Source: Balanoglossus misakiensis
Lineage: Eukaryota > Animalia > Hemichordata
Direction of reading: 5' to 3'
NCBI GenBank assembly: GCA_040954595.2
Contig: CM082577.2
Span: 8,395,846 to 8,459,845 of the forward strand
Length of the DNA: 64,000 nt
In this document: positions 1 through 13,954 of the stretch, in pieces
Position numbering within the stretch: position 1 is the stretch's first letter
How the letters are laid out: each line of letters begins with the position of its first letter
The notes under the pieces: generated by a model
What the model saw: the letters and a program-made list of their open reading frames with translations, nothing else
What the model was told of the DNA's origin: nothing
Database searches by the model: none
Translations under genes and position numbers: made by a program

Positions 1-3000
1 AGACAGAATTCAATGAGCACAGTGAAAGTACTGGTCTAGTGGTTCACCAAGACGAGCCACTCAAAAGGGGGATAGCCTCAGGGAGTCCGGGGGGTTATGG
101 CTCTTCAAACTCGGGTGCACTCCACAATCTTCCGATCGAGTGGGTTCTCAATAAAGAGATTTACAAAGCTTGTCTTTAGAAACTCTCCTGAACTTGCGCA
201 ATGAGCTCTGAAAAAAATCCTGACATGTAATCGTGTGAATGAAAGCAAAAGAGTGGGTCTTGGGTCTTTCTGCAATATTTGCGTTCCCAAAGACATGGAG
301 AAATTAGTTCCTAGCATGATATGCTATCTTCCCAACATCTCCCAATTGCAATGAAATGACTTTTGTGCAATACAGACCAAAAGCTCCAAACAAACAGTTT
401 ATCGTCCAAAAATATCTTCCCAAAGTTCCTACTGTGTGAAAAATATTCCTTGGAAAAAGAGATCTTCTCTGAAAATAGCTCACGGGATCTTATTTATGTG
501 TATTCTATGGAAGTGAATGCCTAAGAATTTTCATTTGGTATTACTTTGCTTTGCACCTTCTGGTAAACTTTTAGGATTCAGATGTCTTCTCAATCTTGGC
601 GTACATAGCCTTTTCGGCACTTCTTACAGCTTCTGTAATTTCATGGCTAATCATCGAAGAAGAAAATATCAGATAGCTCTCATTTGTCGTAATTGAAGAA
701 AAAAACGGTCATGGTAGGCTGGTTTGTTTTTTTGTAACTTGCGAGGTGCAGACAGAAACGACTAAACGGCCATAATGAGAATGTCACAAGCACATCAGTC
801 AGAGGCACATGTGCACCTCTTGTGGTCTATGGACTATCCCTTTGAGAGACAGTTCATTATTGTCAAGGCATTTAATTGGGCAACAGGTGTTTTTTATACG
901 GTGTCATTAATGAAGCCATTTCCATGGCAATGGGGGAACCAGGGTTCTTTCAAACATCCTCATTTGACCGGTCACTCGCTGTCGTCTGCCCTTTCTGACA
1001 ATGCAGGTGCACTGGGCCGCATTCTTTGAATTGTTCGAAAGGAATGAATGGAGAATGTGCCCCTGGTTTGAACCTGACAGGTAGGTTTGTCGCTTTTGGC
1101 TCTGGGGCGACCTACGGGCAAAGGACAAATCACGCAAAAAAAACAGCCACGATTTGTGATGTAGATGCTTCTCTGCAAAGATCATTGCAATTAATAATAA
1201 GATGAATTGAAGCTTGATCATTTTACTGCCTGGACACCGAAAGTTGACTAGCGCCATGACATCACAAAATGGTCATCTACATGTGTATGTATGTACGCAT
1301 TGAATGTCCTGTGTTCACCACAACACAATTCCCTCGGGGCTACAAAAAAAAAACCTCTGCAGGGATAGTCTGTCGTGAATATACGATAGACAGATAACTA
1401 AGCAGTTGAATGACAGAGAAGTCAGCCAGGGCACATGCTGATCACAATTCCCTTGTGGTGCCCAGGGCTGCATTGATTCGCCCAATCAATTTATAGCTCT
1501 GACAGTACCCCTTCTAAATTCCAGCTGATACTATCTGGAAAAAAAGTTTCAGCCATCTTTCTTTCATAATCTCTACTCTATACTTTACCTTCTATATTGG
1601 CTAGAAAATTGAACCACTTCTGTTAGTTTAACTTTGACATATTTTTCATCAAGGTTGAACTAACTCTAAGCAAGATCAGTGCCACTTTTCGTCCTTCAAA
1701 TTGTCTACACTTAGTCATCTGGACACAAAATTTAAATTAGGTAGTCCTGCTGATTCTTTTCTCTGAAATCAGTTTGTGAGATGTTCTTTTATTGGATTTT
1801 TGTCTTGTTGTAGATGCATGGCAGGGTGTTAAAAACAGATCGAATTGCAGATGGATGTCTTGTATGTCACAGATTTCAAAACCTGCCGAACAATCTTGCA
1901 TCAGAGCTGGGAAACAAATTCATTAACCAATCGGAATTGTGACAAAAACTCTCCATTTTCACAGATGAGGCGAGCAGAGACAATGAAACGCTGGATTAGT
2001 CGAACACCAACTGAGTCGAGTCACTCATACATTCTTACATCTTCAACTTAACGCATTCAGTTGAGTGGAAAAACTAACTACCTCTCGCTGAGTCGATCAA
2101 TTGGTTGGCCAACTCTCCCTGCTGAGTTTGATATTCACACCCTTCTCGACAATTCAATCTTCCTTCTGATGGTTCTCAAAAGGATCTGGCTTGCTCTGGG
2201 CCTGTGCTGTTTTTTGGGGCACCAGTCTGTCTGGGCCGCCACTGAACTAGAATAGTAATTAGCGCTTCTAGTTTTGGCCAAACGCAAACGTTGATCCGCC
2301 CACAACATTTAAAGTTTGTTGTGAGTATCAACTATGATGAATTATGGATTTGTCGACCAAGAGTGTGAGTCTGTGCCCCAAAAGTTTGAACCCTACATTT
2401 AATTACATTATGTGGTGTGTGTTATAAAATGTTCTGCTATATTTGCAAATTCCTACTTAATTTGTAAAAACTTGTGAGCAAACAGTGTACTTAGCTCCAC
2501 TTGAGCTCGGCTTCAAGAACCCCGAAGACAATAGATTAATCAGATTCATGCTTTTAGAGAGCTATCAACTCCTTTGTTATCGCCCACTTCAACAGAGAAA
2601 ACTTTCATTCATGCAGGAAGCATGCAAACCTTCCACAAACACATGAACTCACAAAGTATAGAGTCTCTTGGTTTTTTTCTTCTGGTGGTGATCATAAACT
2701 TCTGATAATTTCTGAAGATTTGGAAGGGAACTGGCCAAATGAGGACTTGCAAACTGGTTAATGGGGGTCACTTAGTGATCAATTGTTGTTAATTGCCTGA
2801 CCACTTTGCAAAAGCACCTCCAGCACAAAGACAATGTGAGAAGGCTTTTGCCTACATACTCATTACAAAATTCATCTCTGAGGTGGAAACAAAACAATCT
2901 GCAAATCTCAGACTGCCCACCGAGCCATTAATTGACACCCCTTCAAAAATAGGGCTGCCCCACTGTGAATATCAAACTATCAAATTATCTCAAAAAAGAG

Positions 3001-6000
3001 TTTATGCTCAGTAATTCCAAGTAATTGACTGCTCACATGCACAGCTCTCTGCATGGCTAAAGACAAACATATCATTTCAAATTAAAACAGTACAATGGTA
3101 GATAACATAGAAATGTGTGATGCACTCTATGATTTTATTACTTTAAATTTGCTTATTTGGTTTCATGACTTCAAACAAGCACTTGTTATCTTTTTTCTTC
3201 TGCTTATCAAAAAGTAATGAAAAACATCACGATCTCGTTCTGACAGTCGTAGTATCTTTGAAGTCTCACTGACTCCAACAGGTGGTTGTACGTTCGTCTG
3301 CCAAACCAGTTCTTTTACTCTTGCACAGTCCTGAAACCAGCATGAATGCACATCTCACCTCTACAAATTTTAGGTTTTAGCCCCCCACCCCACCCCCACC
3401 CCAATACCTGGGGTAAGTATATAGTAACAAAACATGACTTTGGATCCTTTCAGTCAATTTTCAAATTCGTGGAATTCTGAGTTTGTTTTGATGTTTAAGT
3501 TGAAGACTTCACAATCACAAAAATGAAAATTCCAGTCTCATGAGTGCTGCACATTGGTTTAGTAGAAGGTTACTTTCTTCTGTTATTACTTTTTAGTCTT
3601 TTTGAGTTTGGTCAGGGAAAATCTGGGGCAGTGTTGTTGTATGCAAACTAAGTCATGATCTCCAACTTAGGAGTTTCCTGCCAAATTTTAAAATTAGCAA
3701 CAGCAGGTCTTCTAAGACAGACACAAAATTTCATGGGCTCTTCTTGTCAAAATCACCATCATTTGAAAGTGATAAAGTCTCTGTTTGTCAGTTGAAAGAA
3801 AAATACTGCAGCCTTCCCAGATCCTTAACAGTTTCTTAAAAACCAGATGTGTTAAAACAGCGATTGCTCCTAATGTTTTAATTGCTGTCACATTGTCTGG
3901 CAGTTCAGCCACTTTGCTTTCTTTTGACCGAAAAAAAACTGAATGGTTCTGAAGTTCAGTCCAAATAATAACTGAGAACTGGGCACTTCATAGAAACTGC
4001 TTTGAAAATTCAATTAACTCACTTCAAACTAAGTTGTTGTTGTTTTTGCGGGCCAGAGATCCCCACCCCCTTGGGCTCTTTCCCTGCCATGGTCGCATCT
4101 CATTGTGCCCACTTTGCTAAAATAAACTGTCCTATTCATCTGTGGACACCTAGAATAAACTCTTAATTGCCCAGTCTATTACTTCCCCCTCTTTTATGGT
4201 GCAATTGTTCTGCGATGTTGATTTTTCCTCTTTTTTTTCTTCGCTCTTCAGTCCGGTTTTCTGCAATGCAATGATTGCATAAGGGCTAAAGATAGATCTG
4301 ATCTCTCTGCATTGCATTTTGGAACCATGGGTAAATTTTGTCTGAATATGGAAATGACATGCTCTTAGCGGTATTCTGTACACTGCTTCTGACTTCAAGA
4401 TCAATGGCTTTAAAAAACAGCAAATACTCTCTTTTCCCAAGAAATGGCAAAGATTTCATAAAATACTCTCCTTTTCCAAGAAATAAAAAATCCAATATTT
4501 TTGCAGGACAAAACTACCTGCCGGCAATTTTTGAAGTTAAATATTAGTAAATTTGTGATAACTTTGTTCTGTAAAAAAAATCTCCCTGGACAAAATATGG
4601 ATAAAAGTTTACGAGTTCAAAATAGAAATCTTTAAAAGTAGGCATAGTTCATTTTTCAAGGAAACAAATTGAACAACTCAGGTTAGCTTTGGCAGGGGTA
4701 ATTCTAGGTTTCAATATTAAAGTTCTTTCTAAAAAGGCAGCCAATCAGAAAAGGGTAAAGAAGCTAGCTGGTTTTTTCTCTGATTCCAGCTCTTTTCTGC
4801 ACCCCTGGCAGGATTCAAGTTATTTCAATATCCCGGGCAAACAGAATGGCAGTGTTTAGCCAGTGCATTGTTCAATTGTCCGATTGTTTCGTTGTAAACC
4901 AAGACACTATAAAGAGAGTAAGACCCAGTTCCCAGCAATCGAGATGGAAAAACTGTGTTTCAGCCGCAGCCTTTGTAGTGGCCCTCTGGTTTTACATTCC
5001 AGCTAAAAGTGATTTCAATGAGACGGTCCCCGGCACTGAGGCTGATTTTTCACGTCCCTCCCTTTCATGTTATTATACCCTCTCAGGTTGAAACGTCGGC
5101 CAAATAAAAGAATGCTACTGAGCACTATAGAATTGACTTTAAGTCGCTCTTTGGAGGCTACTCAGCCAACCGCTTCGGTTACAACACAGTTTGCGGGGAT
5201 TTGTCCAAATTAAACTAGATTAAAAACACGGGAGGAGGACTGAATGAAAGTGTATCCGAATTCTATAAAACTAAAACAATTAGACGAACATGGGGTGAGG
5301 TTTACAGTAAACAATGGTCGTTTTGGAGTCTTTTTCTGGTTAAAAAGTTTAGTCTGAGAGGAGCAATGGTGGAAAATCCTGAAAATCCGGTCATTGAAAG
5401 TTTCGACAAGAGGAGAGGGTTTGAACACACACAGTTTGCTGTGTGTGCCCTCGGGGATAGGATTATGGCTTGCAGGGATGGCAGTGTCAATACGGTGAAT
5501 GCGGAGCAAAGGCCGAGGTACATGGAGATTCACAATCAAACCTTAAATAGAACAGATAGTCAATTCAGACAATATTGCCCGATGTCTCTCCAGTCAACCC
5601 CGCCCTGGATTTTTTTGTTTTGTTCATTCCTCATGTAAATTAGGATCTCTGGGAACAATCTCTGATGAGTCAAACTTTCTTTCTTTTTTCTTTGGTTGCT
5701 AGGGGAAAATCTGCCTGTTGTTGACAACAGGAGAATTGATACAATACACCTCTGTAGAATCGTACCTCCTAAAACATTAAGATGGGAATAGTTTTGTTGA
5801 CTGGTGATTTCTTCTTTTGTGATGAAGATGTTATTTTCAGAACTTGAAAAACACAGATGCAGAGAATAGTATATATCAACAGAACTTCTTTGATACCATT
5901 TCTCCATCCTTGGTTATGCAATGCAGGACTATATTGGGTGGAATTTACCTGTCCTACAGAATTTTCTGACTTGCTTGGGCAATTTGATGAAACTTAACAC

Positions 6001-7136
6001 TGATGACATTCATTACCAATGATATTGTTTTTGCAGAGTTTCAAATCAAATCATCATTATTGGTTCAGAAAAGGTAGTTTATAAAGTGGCAAACCATCTT
6101 TGAACCCAACAAGAGACAAATTTGTAACATGCAAGACAGCAATACTCTTGAACTCACCAGTGGAGAGGTCGCTTGAAAACACACCAACCTACATTTTCAT
6201 GTGTTTTCAACACCTTGCTTAGTTGCTACCATCATTGTATTAAAAAAACTATCAACATTTTTGATCTGAATAAATGTTTATCTCTTTTTGACAATGTAAA
6301 AAGCACAGCACCTCGTCCAGATGAAACCAAACCTTAGAAAACACAGTCTGATCAACTAAAGCAAGGGAAACATTTCTCCAACCCTGGATGAAGTAAGGTA
6401 TTTACAGGAATTTCTTTAAAGATAATGTTTATCAACGTAATGATAGAGCAGATCAGAAAAGAATCTTTCCAGTCAGCTTACCCGCAAAGTTTTTAATGAG
6501 TGCAAGCAGAGGCCTGGCTTATTTGAATCTCAATGTAAACAGAGGAAATCTGGCACACAATACCTGTTAAGAAGTTAGTACTCTTTGGAATGCTGGGGTG
6601 AGTTTTAACACCATAATATCAGATTTTAAGATTATTTCAACTTGATCAACCAACTTTAATTGTTAAATTGGGAAAATCTTTTGATTAACCATAAAATCTT
6701 GTTGTAACAGTTTGACTGTTGCTGCAACAGTTTCAGGGTGGTCCAATTAGCATAGCTGTCCAAGATTATAATCCTTTTTCTTCATGCATGGGGATGAAGA
6801 GACAGGTTGAGATCATAGTGACAGAGCCCTCTGTGGCCATTTCTAGAAATGGTTCCAGGATGGAACTCACTTCGTAGTTGATGGAATAACATCCTTTTTC
6901 ATTTGAGTTGTATGAAAATATGTAACACTAGAGGGTCTGAAATATGGGGACAAGTGCTGAGTCAGCACATTCTCTAAATAGCTCTATCAAAGTGATAGTG
7001 TTTCACTTTTAGGCCTTCACAAACTTTTTTTTTTAATCCAATTGGTCACTGACAAGTCTGATAAGCCAGAAAGAAAACTGAAATATATTGAGTAAAAGTA
7101 TAAAAGTGAGCTATGGAATATGTTAGTATTTAAATA

Positions 7137-7348
7137 CTGTAAAACACTTTATTTTCACGAGTTGAAATTTTTCGCGATATCGAGAGAGGCCACTGTTTCG
7201 GGAGTATTAATGGTCGCATTCTCCTTTTTTTTTATTCACTGCATCGTTATCTTCAAAACAAATTTACGCAACTTTTTATTTTCACGCTATTTTGGCTCTT
7301 GCGTATTTCGCGAACATTTATTGCTCGCGAAAATAAAGTGTTTTACAG
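7137..7348. mobile_element. MITE family A, copy 1 (in FLCN intron)
   Basis: TIR CTGTAAAACACTTTATTTTC...GAAAATAAAGTGTTTTACAG, with TA on the left flank. Homologous to the copies at 51985, 52601 and 55932. Confidence 0.85.
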
Positions 7349-7467
7349 TTCTTAGCTAGTATATCAACAAAATATAATCAAGTAAGTTGAACCTACATCA
7401 CAACCAAGTGCTGATGCATCTCTCATGTTAAACTTCTGTATGACAGAGTGTTAAGATGCCCACTAAC

Positions 7468-7954
7468 CTTCTTGTTTCTCCAAGTCTATGAGAGCATCTT
7501 CCGTCGGCGTACCCTCCAATAACTTCTCCGTCAACCGGTTACCGCAAGCTTTCAGAATCCATGCAAACGACATGTGCAAGTATTTGAATATGTTCCGGTC
7601 GTTCGTCAGGTCGACCAGCGATCGCGCCGCTTTCCCGCCGGCACTACGCTGTCGGCGAAAGTTGCCCGGGGTCATGAACTCCATGGTCATCCTCTTGGCC
7701 CTGGGCGGCACCTCGGCCCACTCGGCCTTGTACACCTTCTCCGCTTTCGACTGCATTTCGTCGATCAGCTGCCGGATGTTGGTGACCAGAAACGGCCAGG
7801 AGTTGAGCAAGTAGATCCGGTCCATCATGACGACGATGATGCTGTACCACCTCTGAAGTCCCCTGGCCTGACTGTCTTTCATGAAAAATGTGTGACTCAA
7901 CACGTGGCCGTGGTCGTCACCAAAGTAGATGGGGCCTTCTCTTCCAGGACACAC
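7468..7954 (-). CDS. FLCN: Folliculin, coding exon 3 (487 nt). Remaining exons were not found in 1-7467 and presumably lie left of the window
   Basis: Acceptor ttacag|GTG, donor G|[62 protein letters not shown]...[14 protein letters not shown] is typical folliculin longin/DENN sequence. Confidence 0.96.
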
Positions 7955-8838
7955 CTGTAAATAGAATTTGCACCTTTTTCAGAAATAACTGATTTTGTTG
8001 ACAATTTAATCTGACAACATATACTCTGATTTCTTAACATAAAAATAGAACATTTAGCAGATTATTGGCATGTATGAAAACAGTGTCTTTGCAACTGATC
8101 ATTTTGAATGTTTCAGTAAAGTGGAATAAAAAATTCTTTGATATCCATCAAGATACGGGCATTGCATCAATCAATTGATTTGCATAATACTTGTGTATCG
8201 CCTAGCGACACTTTGTTTATCAGTTTACATCTGTGCTGTGCACTTCAAAACTTGTAAACAGAAATAAAATCCTCATGATTATATTTTGAATTTGTTCATG
8301 GGAACAACTGATAAATTAATGAAATGCTGAGTTAGCATTTTTCACCAATTTTTTGTTAAAGCAAGAAAATTTCATGGCATTGAGCACAGTAACAATTCGG
8401 TTTACTTGACCACTGAAGTTACCATAATTTTTTTAAACTCAGCTATGTGCAAAATTTCACGAAAATGACAATATAGGAGAAACGGATTTCTCCGGCAATT
8501 CTCTGTGTAATCCTATGGGAAGAGATACATTTGACATTCCTACAGCGCATATGCATCCTGAAGTATTTTATTTAAAAAATACACCAATTCAATGCAACTT
8601 TTTTCTGATGGAGTTACAAGAGTTTTGTTGTTAAAAGCACTTTCACAGTCATGTCATTGATTTGTTTACTTCAAAAATTTCAATGATGAGCCAAGTTTTT
8701 GTGTCAAGCACGGAAAAGTTTAATCATTAAGAATCAATTTCTAGTGCACAATGAACTATAGACACATTCGCAGCAGCATAAAGAAAGACCATGTTCCTGT
8801 GAGTCTTTAAACCCATGTTATCCTGACTACCAGAGACA

Positions 8839-8896
8839 GTTAAACAAAAATCAGCATTTCCAAAGAAGTTAAACAAAAATCAGCATTTCCAAAGAA
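8839..8896. repeat. Perfect 29-bp tandem duplication
   Basis: GTTAAACAAAAATCAGCATTTCCAAAGAA occurs twice. Confidence 0.9.
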
Positions 8897-11844
8897 ATTG
8901 TTAATTTTCTCCTCTTTTTTCTAAACAAGCTCCAGTAAGCAGTCAATCTGTTCAAAATCTGGATTGAATGTGGACGGCGGGCAAACAATGCCACACACAA
9001 GCCATTGGGGATATTTTCTAAAGTATTCCAAACTTTCACACACTCTGAAAGCTGTCCGGACATTATGAGCAAACTGTGAAGAAACTGTGACCACCTAGGT
9101 AAACAGAACCCGGGAGAGCAAACCTGGATTCTAGTGACAGTTGCGGATAAGCGGGGCGGGGCAAATAGAAACCATGACAATCAGATCATCAGAGTCAGGG
9201 CGATGGACCATTGCTTGCGAGGGCTTCTCCTTCTGCATTGCATTGTTGGGCGGATTAGCCGCTTATTTGATCAGAGAGAAAAGGGGGCATGTAATTTGTT
9301 GGAAACAAACTGTAAAGAGTTGAAAGATTCTCCGAGCGGACACACAAAGGCCGCTAAATTGGCCTAATTGACTGGGAATAGGCAACTTGTTTTCTGCTAA
9401 AATGGATGTTTTGTTGTCGTCAATCCAAGCGGTCAGCCCAATTACCTCGCAGAAACCGATCGCCCCTACTGGAAGGAAGCGGGATGGGGGTATTTGTTTT
9501 TCATTAGAAATCCTACAAATTCAATCGGTTTCACCTAATGCACTGCGACGGGTAAATTAAACAACTGGCATAGTGCAAGGAGGGTGGGTTTTTGTCTAAT
9601 GGAGCGACACACACAAAACGCCTGTTCAGACAGTCTTGAGAAACGTCAACAGTACTTGCTGAGAGCAGAAAGAGTTGATTACACTGGACCAACACGGGCA
9701 CACAAGCGGTGTTTACCAATTGGGTAAACAAGCAGAGAGCAAAGAAGTACCTGTAAAATGCTGGGTTACTATGGTCATTGCCTGGCTGTGTATTGAAGCA
9801 AATACAATGCTTGTTTCCAAGGGAAAATCTAGGGTTTAATCTTTGCATGTTGGGATTTCTCTCTGAGAGACAAAAAAAACGGTGAAAGACAGAGACAATA
9901 AACAAGAACACCGTCAGAGTTTTGCTCTGCGTCAGATAACCATGCAAATAACTGTATGTCTGTGAAATCTGCAAACAGTTAATTTGTACAGTGACAAAAT
10001 AAATCACAGACCGGTGCGTTTTTAACAGTTAGGGTCTAATTCTCAGTTAACAGAGTTGATCAAATGAATTCCATTGGTGCAAATATGGTACATTATTAGC
10101 TCAAATTAGCAGCATGTTTTTTCCGTCTTTTGTCCAAACTGGATTCCACTCAATGGAATTTATTACAGCGTAGACTGCTGTATGTCCTCTTTGAAGATTT
10201 CTGTACATTTGTAAAGTCAGTTTTGAGAATTAGGGATATTTTATTTTACTTGATTGCATATTGATTACCATTACTTTTTTATGTGTTAAATGAAAAAGTT
10301 TCTGTTACAGAAGATATGCATATTTGAGCATTGGACTTCTGTAGTCAGAGGAAATGCAAGTCTTAAGACCAGTGTACTTGACAAATTCACAAAGTGATGT
10401 CCAATGAGAAATTCTCTTAATTCTCTTCAAAAATTTCATCAGACAGAGTGCCCCAACTGTGATCAAAGATACATAATCATGATAATCTTGAAATAAACAG
10501 ATTTGACTAATCTTGCAGACTTGTTAAAGAACCCTTGACCTCTGTGACCTGTCTCGTAATTGGATTCTAGATTTGTCACATTAAATGCTGATTCATAACT
10601 GTTACATTGTAAAAATCCACCTTAGCTATTTACCTTTCGCGTTAATTGGTTACATCGGTCATAAGAGATCCAGTTCTTTTTTTTAAGCAATTTGAAATTC
10701 AAAAATGACAATGGCCCAACATTATCACATTTATATTTGGTACATGTATCTTTATTTCAAATTTTTACATTACTACTCCACAAAGTCTGAAAAGAGAAAT
10801 CAAATGTACTTCAACGCTTTTGATATCATATTACTGATTTCTTAGTAATTTTTGTCAATTTTTAAAATAGTTATTAATACTTTTTATTAGTGTTGCTGAT
10901 ACCACTACAACGTGTGTCATTTGTCACAAAGTGTACATGTGTTCTGTCTGGGGGGAGGGGGAGGGGGAACTTGGAGGTTAACTTTTATTATGTCGGAGAG
11001 GGTTTCACTTTATGTGAACAATTTAATGTGCCATAAAACTGTAAAGTCTGCAGTCTGGCCAATGGCCAGATTACTGGGGTCAAAGACTGACCTGGCCAGT
11101 CAGACTATACCAGTGATAAGATAGGCAGAAGCCAGGGACTCAGGGTAAAGCCACAGGGACTGAACTTTGAACTGGACAATCAGCTGAACTCAACTGGCAT
11201 GATAACTTTATCGCCTAATTTGACAACTTAAGACGCGTAATTGCTGCTAATGGTCACAGTCCAGGGACCAACAATTTTGAAGTGGACAATCTCTTTGGAC
11301 AATGGTCAAATACAATCAGTGGCCATAACACAATTTTAGAACTGATTAATACAAACCAATGCATCAATGTTGTGTAAATTTCATACCTTCTTGGTGGTTG
11401 TATGACCTCATGAATTCAGAACTGATTTACCGTAAACTGTATAATTTATGCATAAATTTCTTAACTATAATTTTAGAATATCTATTAAATGCTGCAATCA
11501 GATGTAATTGGTTCAGTATTATTCATATCCTGCTCAAGGCACTGGAGAATTATTTAAGTTAATGGTTTCTGACAAATTTCTTCAAAGCGTTATCTTCATT
11601 TATGTGCTTTTGGTTTTGGAGGTACTGTTACAGGTCACTGCACTTGTCTGTTATCACGAAGAGTTGTCATAAACAGCGCCCTCTATGCATGATTTGCAAA
11701 TGAATCCCTGGACTTTGGAGAGAAAAACAACTAGTCTAAATATGTGTTTTTTTAAGAAACACTGTGATAAAATTTTACAGTGTAAACACTGATTTGTATA
11801 CACCCATTATTTTTGTATTCCTCTGGTGGTACTAATAGACTCAC

Positions 11845-11991
11845 CTCACAACTTAAACTGCGAAGACATGCTTGTCTGACGATACTATACAACCTGGAGT
11901 TATTGGGATATTGGCTGGATGAGTAGTGGATATTTGCATCTGTGTCTTTGCTGATGAAATACGATTGATCTGGCATAAATGACCGACAAGC
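11845..11991 (-). CDS. FLCN: Folliculin, coding exon 2 (147 nt)
   Basis: Acceptor TAG|GCT, donor GAG|GTGAGT, phase 0-0. Translates ACRSFMPDQSYFISKDTDANIHYSSSQYPNNSRLYSIVRQACLRSLSCE, with the conserved FLCN motif IVRQACxRSLSCE. Confidence 0.95.
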
Positions 11992-11995
11992 CTAG

Positions 11996-12061
11996 TATAT
12001 AAATATAAATATAAATATAAATATAAATAAAAATATAAACAAAAATATAAATATAAATATA
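11996..12061. repeat. (AAATAT)n microsatellite abutting the FLCN acceptor
   Basis: Direct reading; the tract resumes after the MITE at 12241-12262. Confidence 0.9.
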
Positions 12062-12239
12062 CAGTAGAACCTGTCTAAACCGAACACCAAATGGACTGAA
12101 GAAACTGTTCGGTTAGTAGTGGTGTCCAGTTTATAGAGGTTCCTTTAACATGAGGTTCTATGTGAAAGGGACCGGAAAATGTGTTCGGTATAGACAGGTT
12201 TTCAGATTATAAAAGGTTTGGTTTAGACAGGTTTTACTG
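12062..12239. mobile_element. MITE family B (pogo/Tigger-like CAGT termini), copy 1
   Basis: TA|CAGTAGAACCTGTCTAAACC...GGTTTAGACAGGTTTTACTG|TA, inserted in an (AAATAT)n tract. Confidence 0.85.
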
Positions 12240-13037
12240 TAAATATACATATAAATATAAATCATTTAATTTGTTCAAATGAATTAGCCTGGTACATGTA
12301 TCTACAAAGCATGGAGGTACCAAAGAGACTTCTGTGGTAGCTCCATGCTACAAAGTTACAATTCAAGATTGATCTGTGGATCTGACAGCACCAAGAGCGA
12401 CTGTGTATGGTCAAGCAGGTACCACCAGAACAACTGATTTGTAGAAGTACACAAGTGTTTTGGTAAATACAGAGTACATGTACTAACAAACTGGCTGGGT
12501 ATTTGCTGTCCTGATAGTTCTTCAGATGTGTGTAAATATCAACATGACAAATTGAAGGGGAAAATTCTTGACTATTATAATTTATAGACTTTTTCATACA
12601 TGTAACATGAAGCTGTTATGCTTAAATAGTACTAAATTTGCAGACTTTGTCTACAAATTTGACAATTATAATGTCTCAGTCTTGACACTCAAAATCACTT
12701 AAAATAGTGAGTAATTATCACGGGAAACAACAGAAAAATTCGTGGTGGCCAAAGAGTTAGCACTTGTTTACTGAGTAGGCCAAGCTTTAATTAACCATTA
12801 ACACTGCATATCATTATTTAACTGTTATACAGGACATATGCTAATGGAAGGGGAACTAGGGAGTCCTGTGTACATGTATACACAAACACGATACACACAA
12901 ACATGTGTGAATTTCCCGCAATAACTTCTGCTAGAATTTTGCAATCAGATCGCAAAGTCGTGAAAGTTCAACATTCAACTAATTACCCATAGTATCATGG
13001 AGGATACGGAATGGAAAGATGTAGTTGGCTACCATAC

Positions 13038-13280
13038 CTCGCAGAAGTCGGAAGTTTTTGTTGGCGGCGGCGGGGTATCATGGCTTGTGGACGACGACAA
13101 TGATGTAGACGTCGGTGATTTCACCCGTCGACCGTAGTCCCATGCGCTGTCGGCTTCGATCTCGGATTCCTGAGGGTGTTGATCGCGGGACTGCTGCGGC
13201 GCATGAAAAGGTTGCGTGCAGAACACCACAGTTGGCCCATGAACTTCACAGAAGTGACATAACGAGATAATAGCATTCAT
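13038..13280 (-). CDS. FLCN: Folliculin, coding exon 1 (81 aa)
   Basis: ATG at 13280 gives MNAIISLCHFCEVHGPTVVFCTQ...SDFCE, matching the folliculin N-terminus (human [23 protein letters not shown]). Donor GAG|GTATGG, phase 0. Confidence 0.95.
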
Positions 13281-13954
13281 TGCACAGCGATTGCTCTTAA
13301 CACGTCTGAATGAGGTGTGAATGTTTTGTTTACACTCCAAGGGACGCGATGCTTAATTTTCGCGGGGTTTCAGCGCGATCAGAAGTACCGCGAATGATCA
13401 CAGACAATATCCCACCTTGGTGTTCTTGGTTGCAACTTCAAAAGACGAATTGTGTTGAAGTTGATCGGGAAGGAACCTCAGTTTTCGTTTCCAGTAATTT
13501 CCTGATCAGAGACGACGACGCGACATCGATAAGGACCAGGCTCAGGGCGCGACCGCGCGGGATCGGAGCGACGTAAATCTCAAGACTTCTTCCAGTCGTG
13601 TAGCTCTCCTTGGTCACTGTTGACAAATCGACTCCTACTGCAATTCAGATCAGTGATTTCTGTCTGCTTACCGCCTCACAAATTGACGATCTTTTCTCAT
13701 CGCGGAATACCAAAACGTTCAATGCGGAAGCGCAGTTGTTTTCCTAGTCACAATCAGCTGACACATCACGTGAGTAAAATGACCGGAAATACAATTAGTT
13801 TATTATTTCTTGTCTCTTCTACCTTCCAAAGCAATGGTGTAATAAGAAACCTGATTGGGTGTAATGTACACTATCTACCAGAGTAGGCCAATCAAAAACA
13901 TTGTCTTGCTGTAACCTTGGGTGTCTGCCAATGTTTTCCTTTTCAAAAACCAAA
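13281..13954. promoter_or_regulatory. Bidirectional promoter and 5' UTR region shared by FLCN and CCP110
   Basis: The two ATGs are about 675 bp apart, head-to-head, in a CpG-rich stretch. CCAAT boxes at 13854-58 (reverse), 13888-92 and 13928-32. TTCAAA (reverse CHR-like) at about 13942. YY1-like CAAAATGGCG overlaps the CP110 ATG. Confidence 0.65.

Noticed and set aside
570-655. Short minus-strand frame MISHEITEAVRSAEKAMYAKIEKTSES as a possible FLCN exon
   Set aside because: No suitable acceptor, ends in a stop, and has no folliculin similarity that I can recognise.
7120-7359. ORFs 7120-7359 and 55873-56115 share peptide similarity (SREATVS...LLLAKIKCFTV)
   Set aside because: Both are translations of the same non-coding MITE family.
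7488-7960. Plus-strand and alternative-frame ORFs of 68-128 aa over FLCN exon 3
   Set aside because: Shadow ORFs caused by high GC3 in a real exon; no recognisable protein features.
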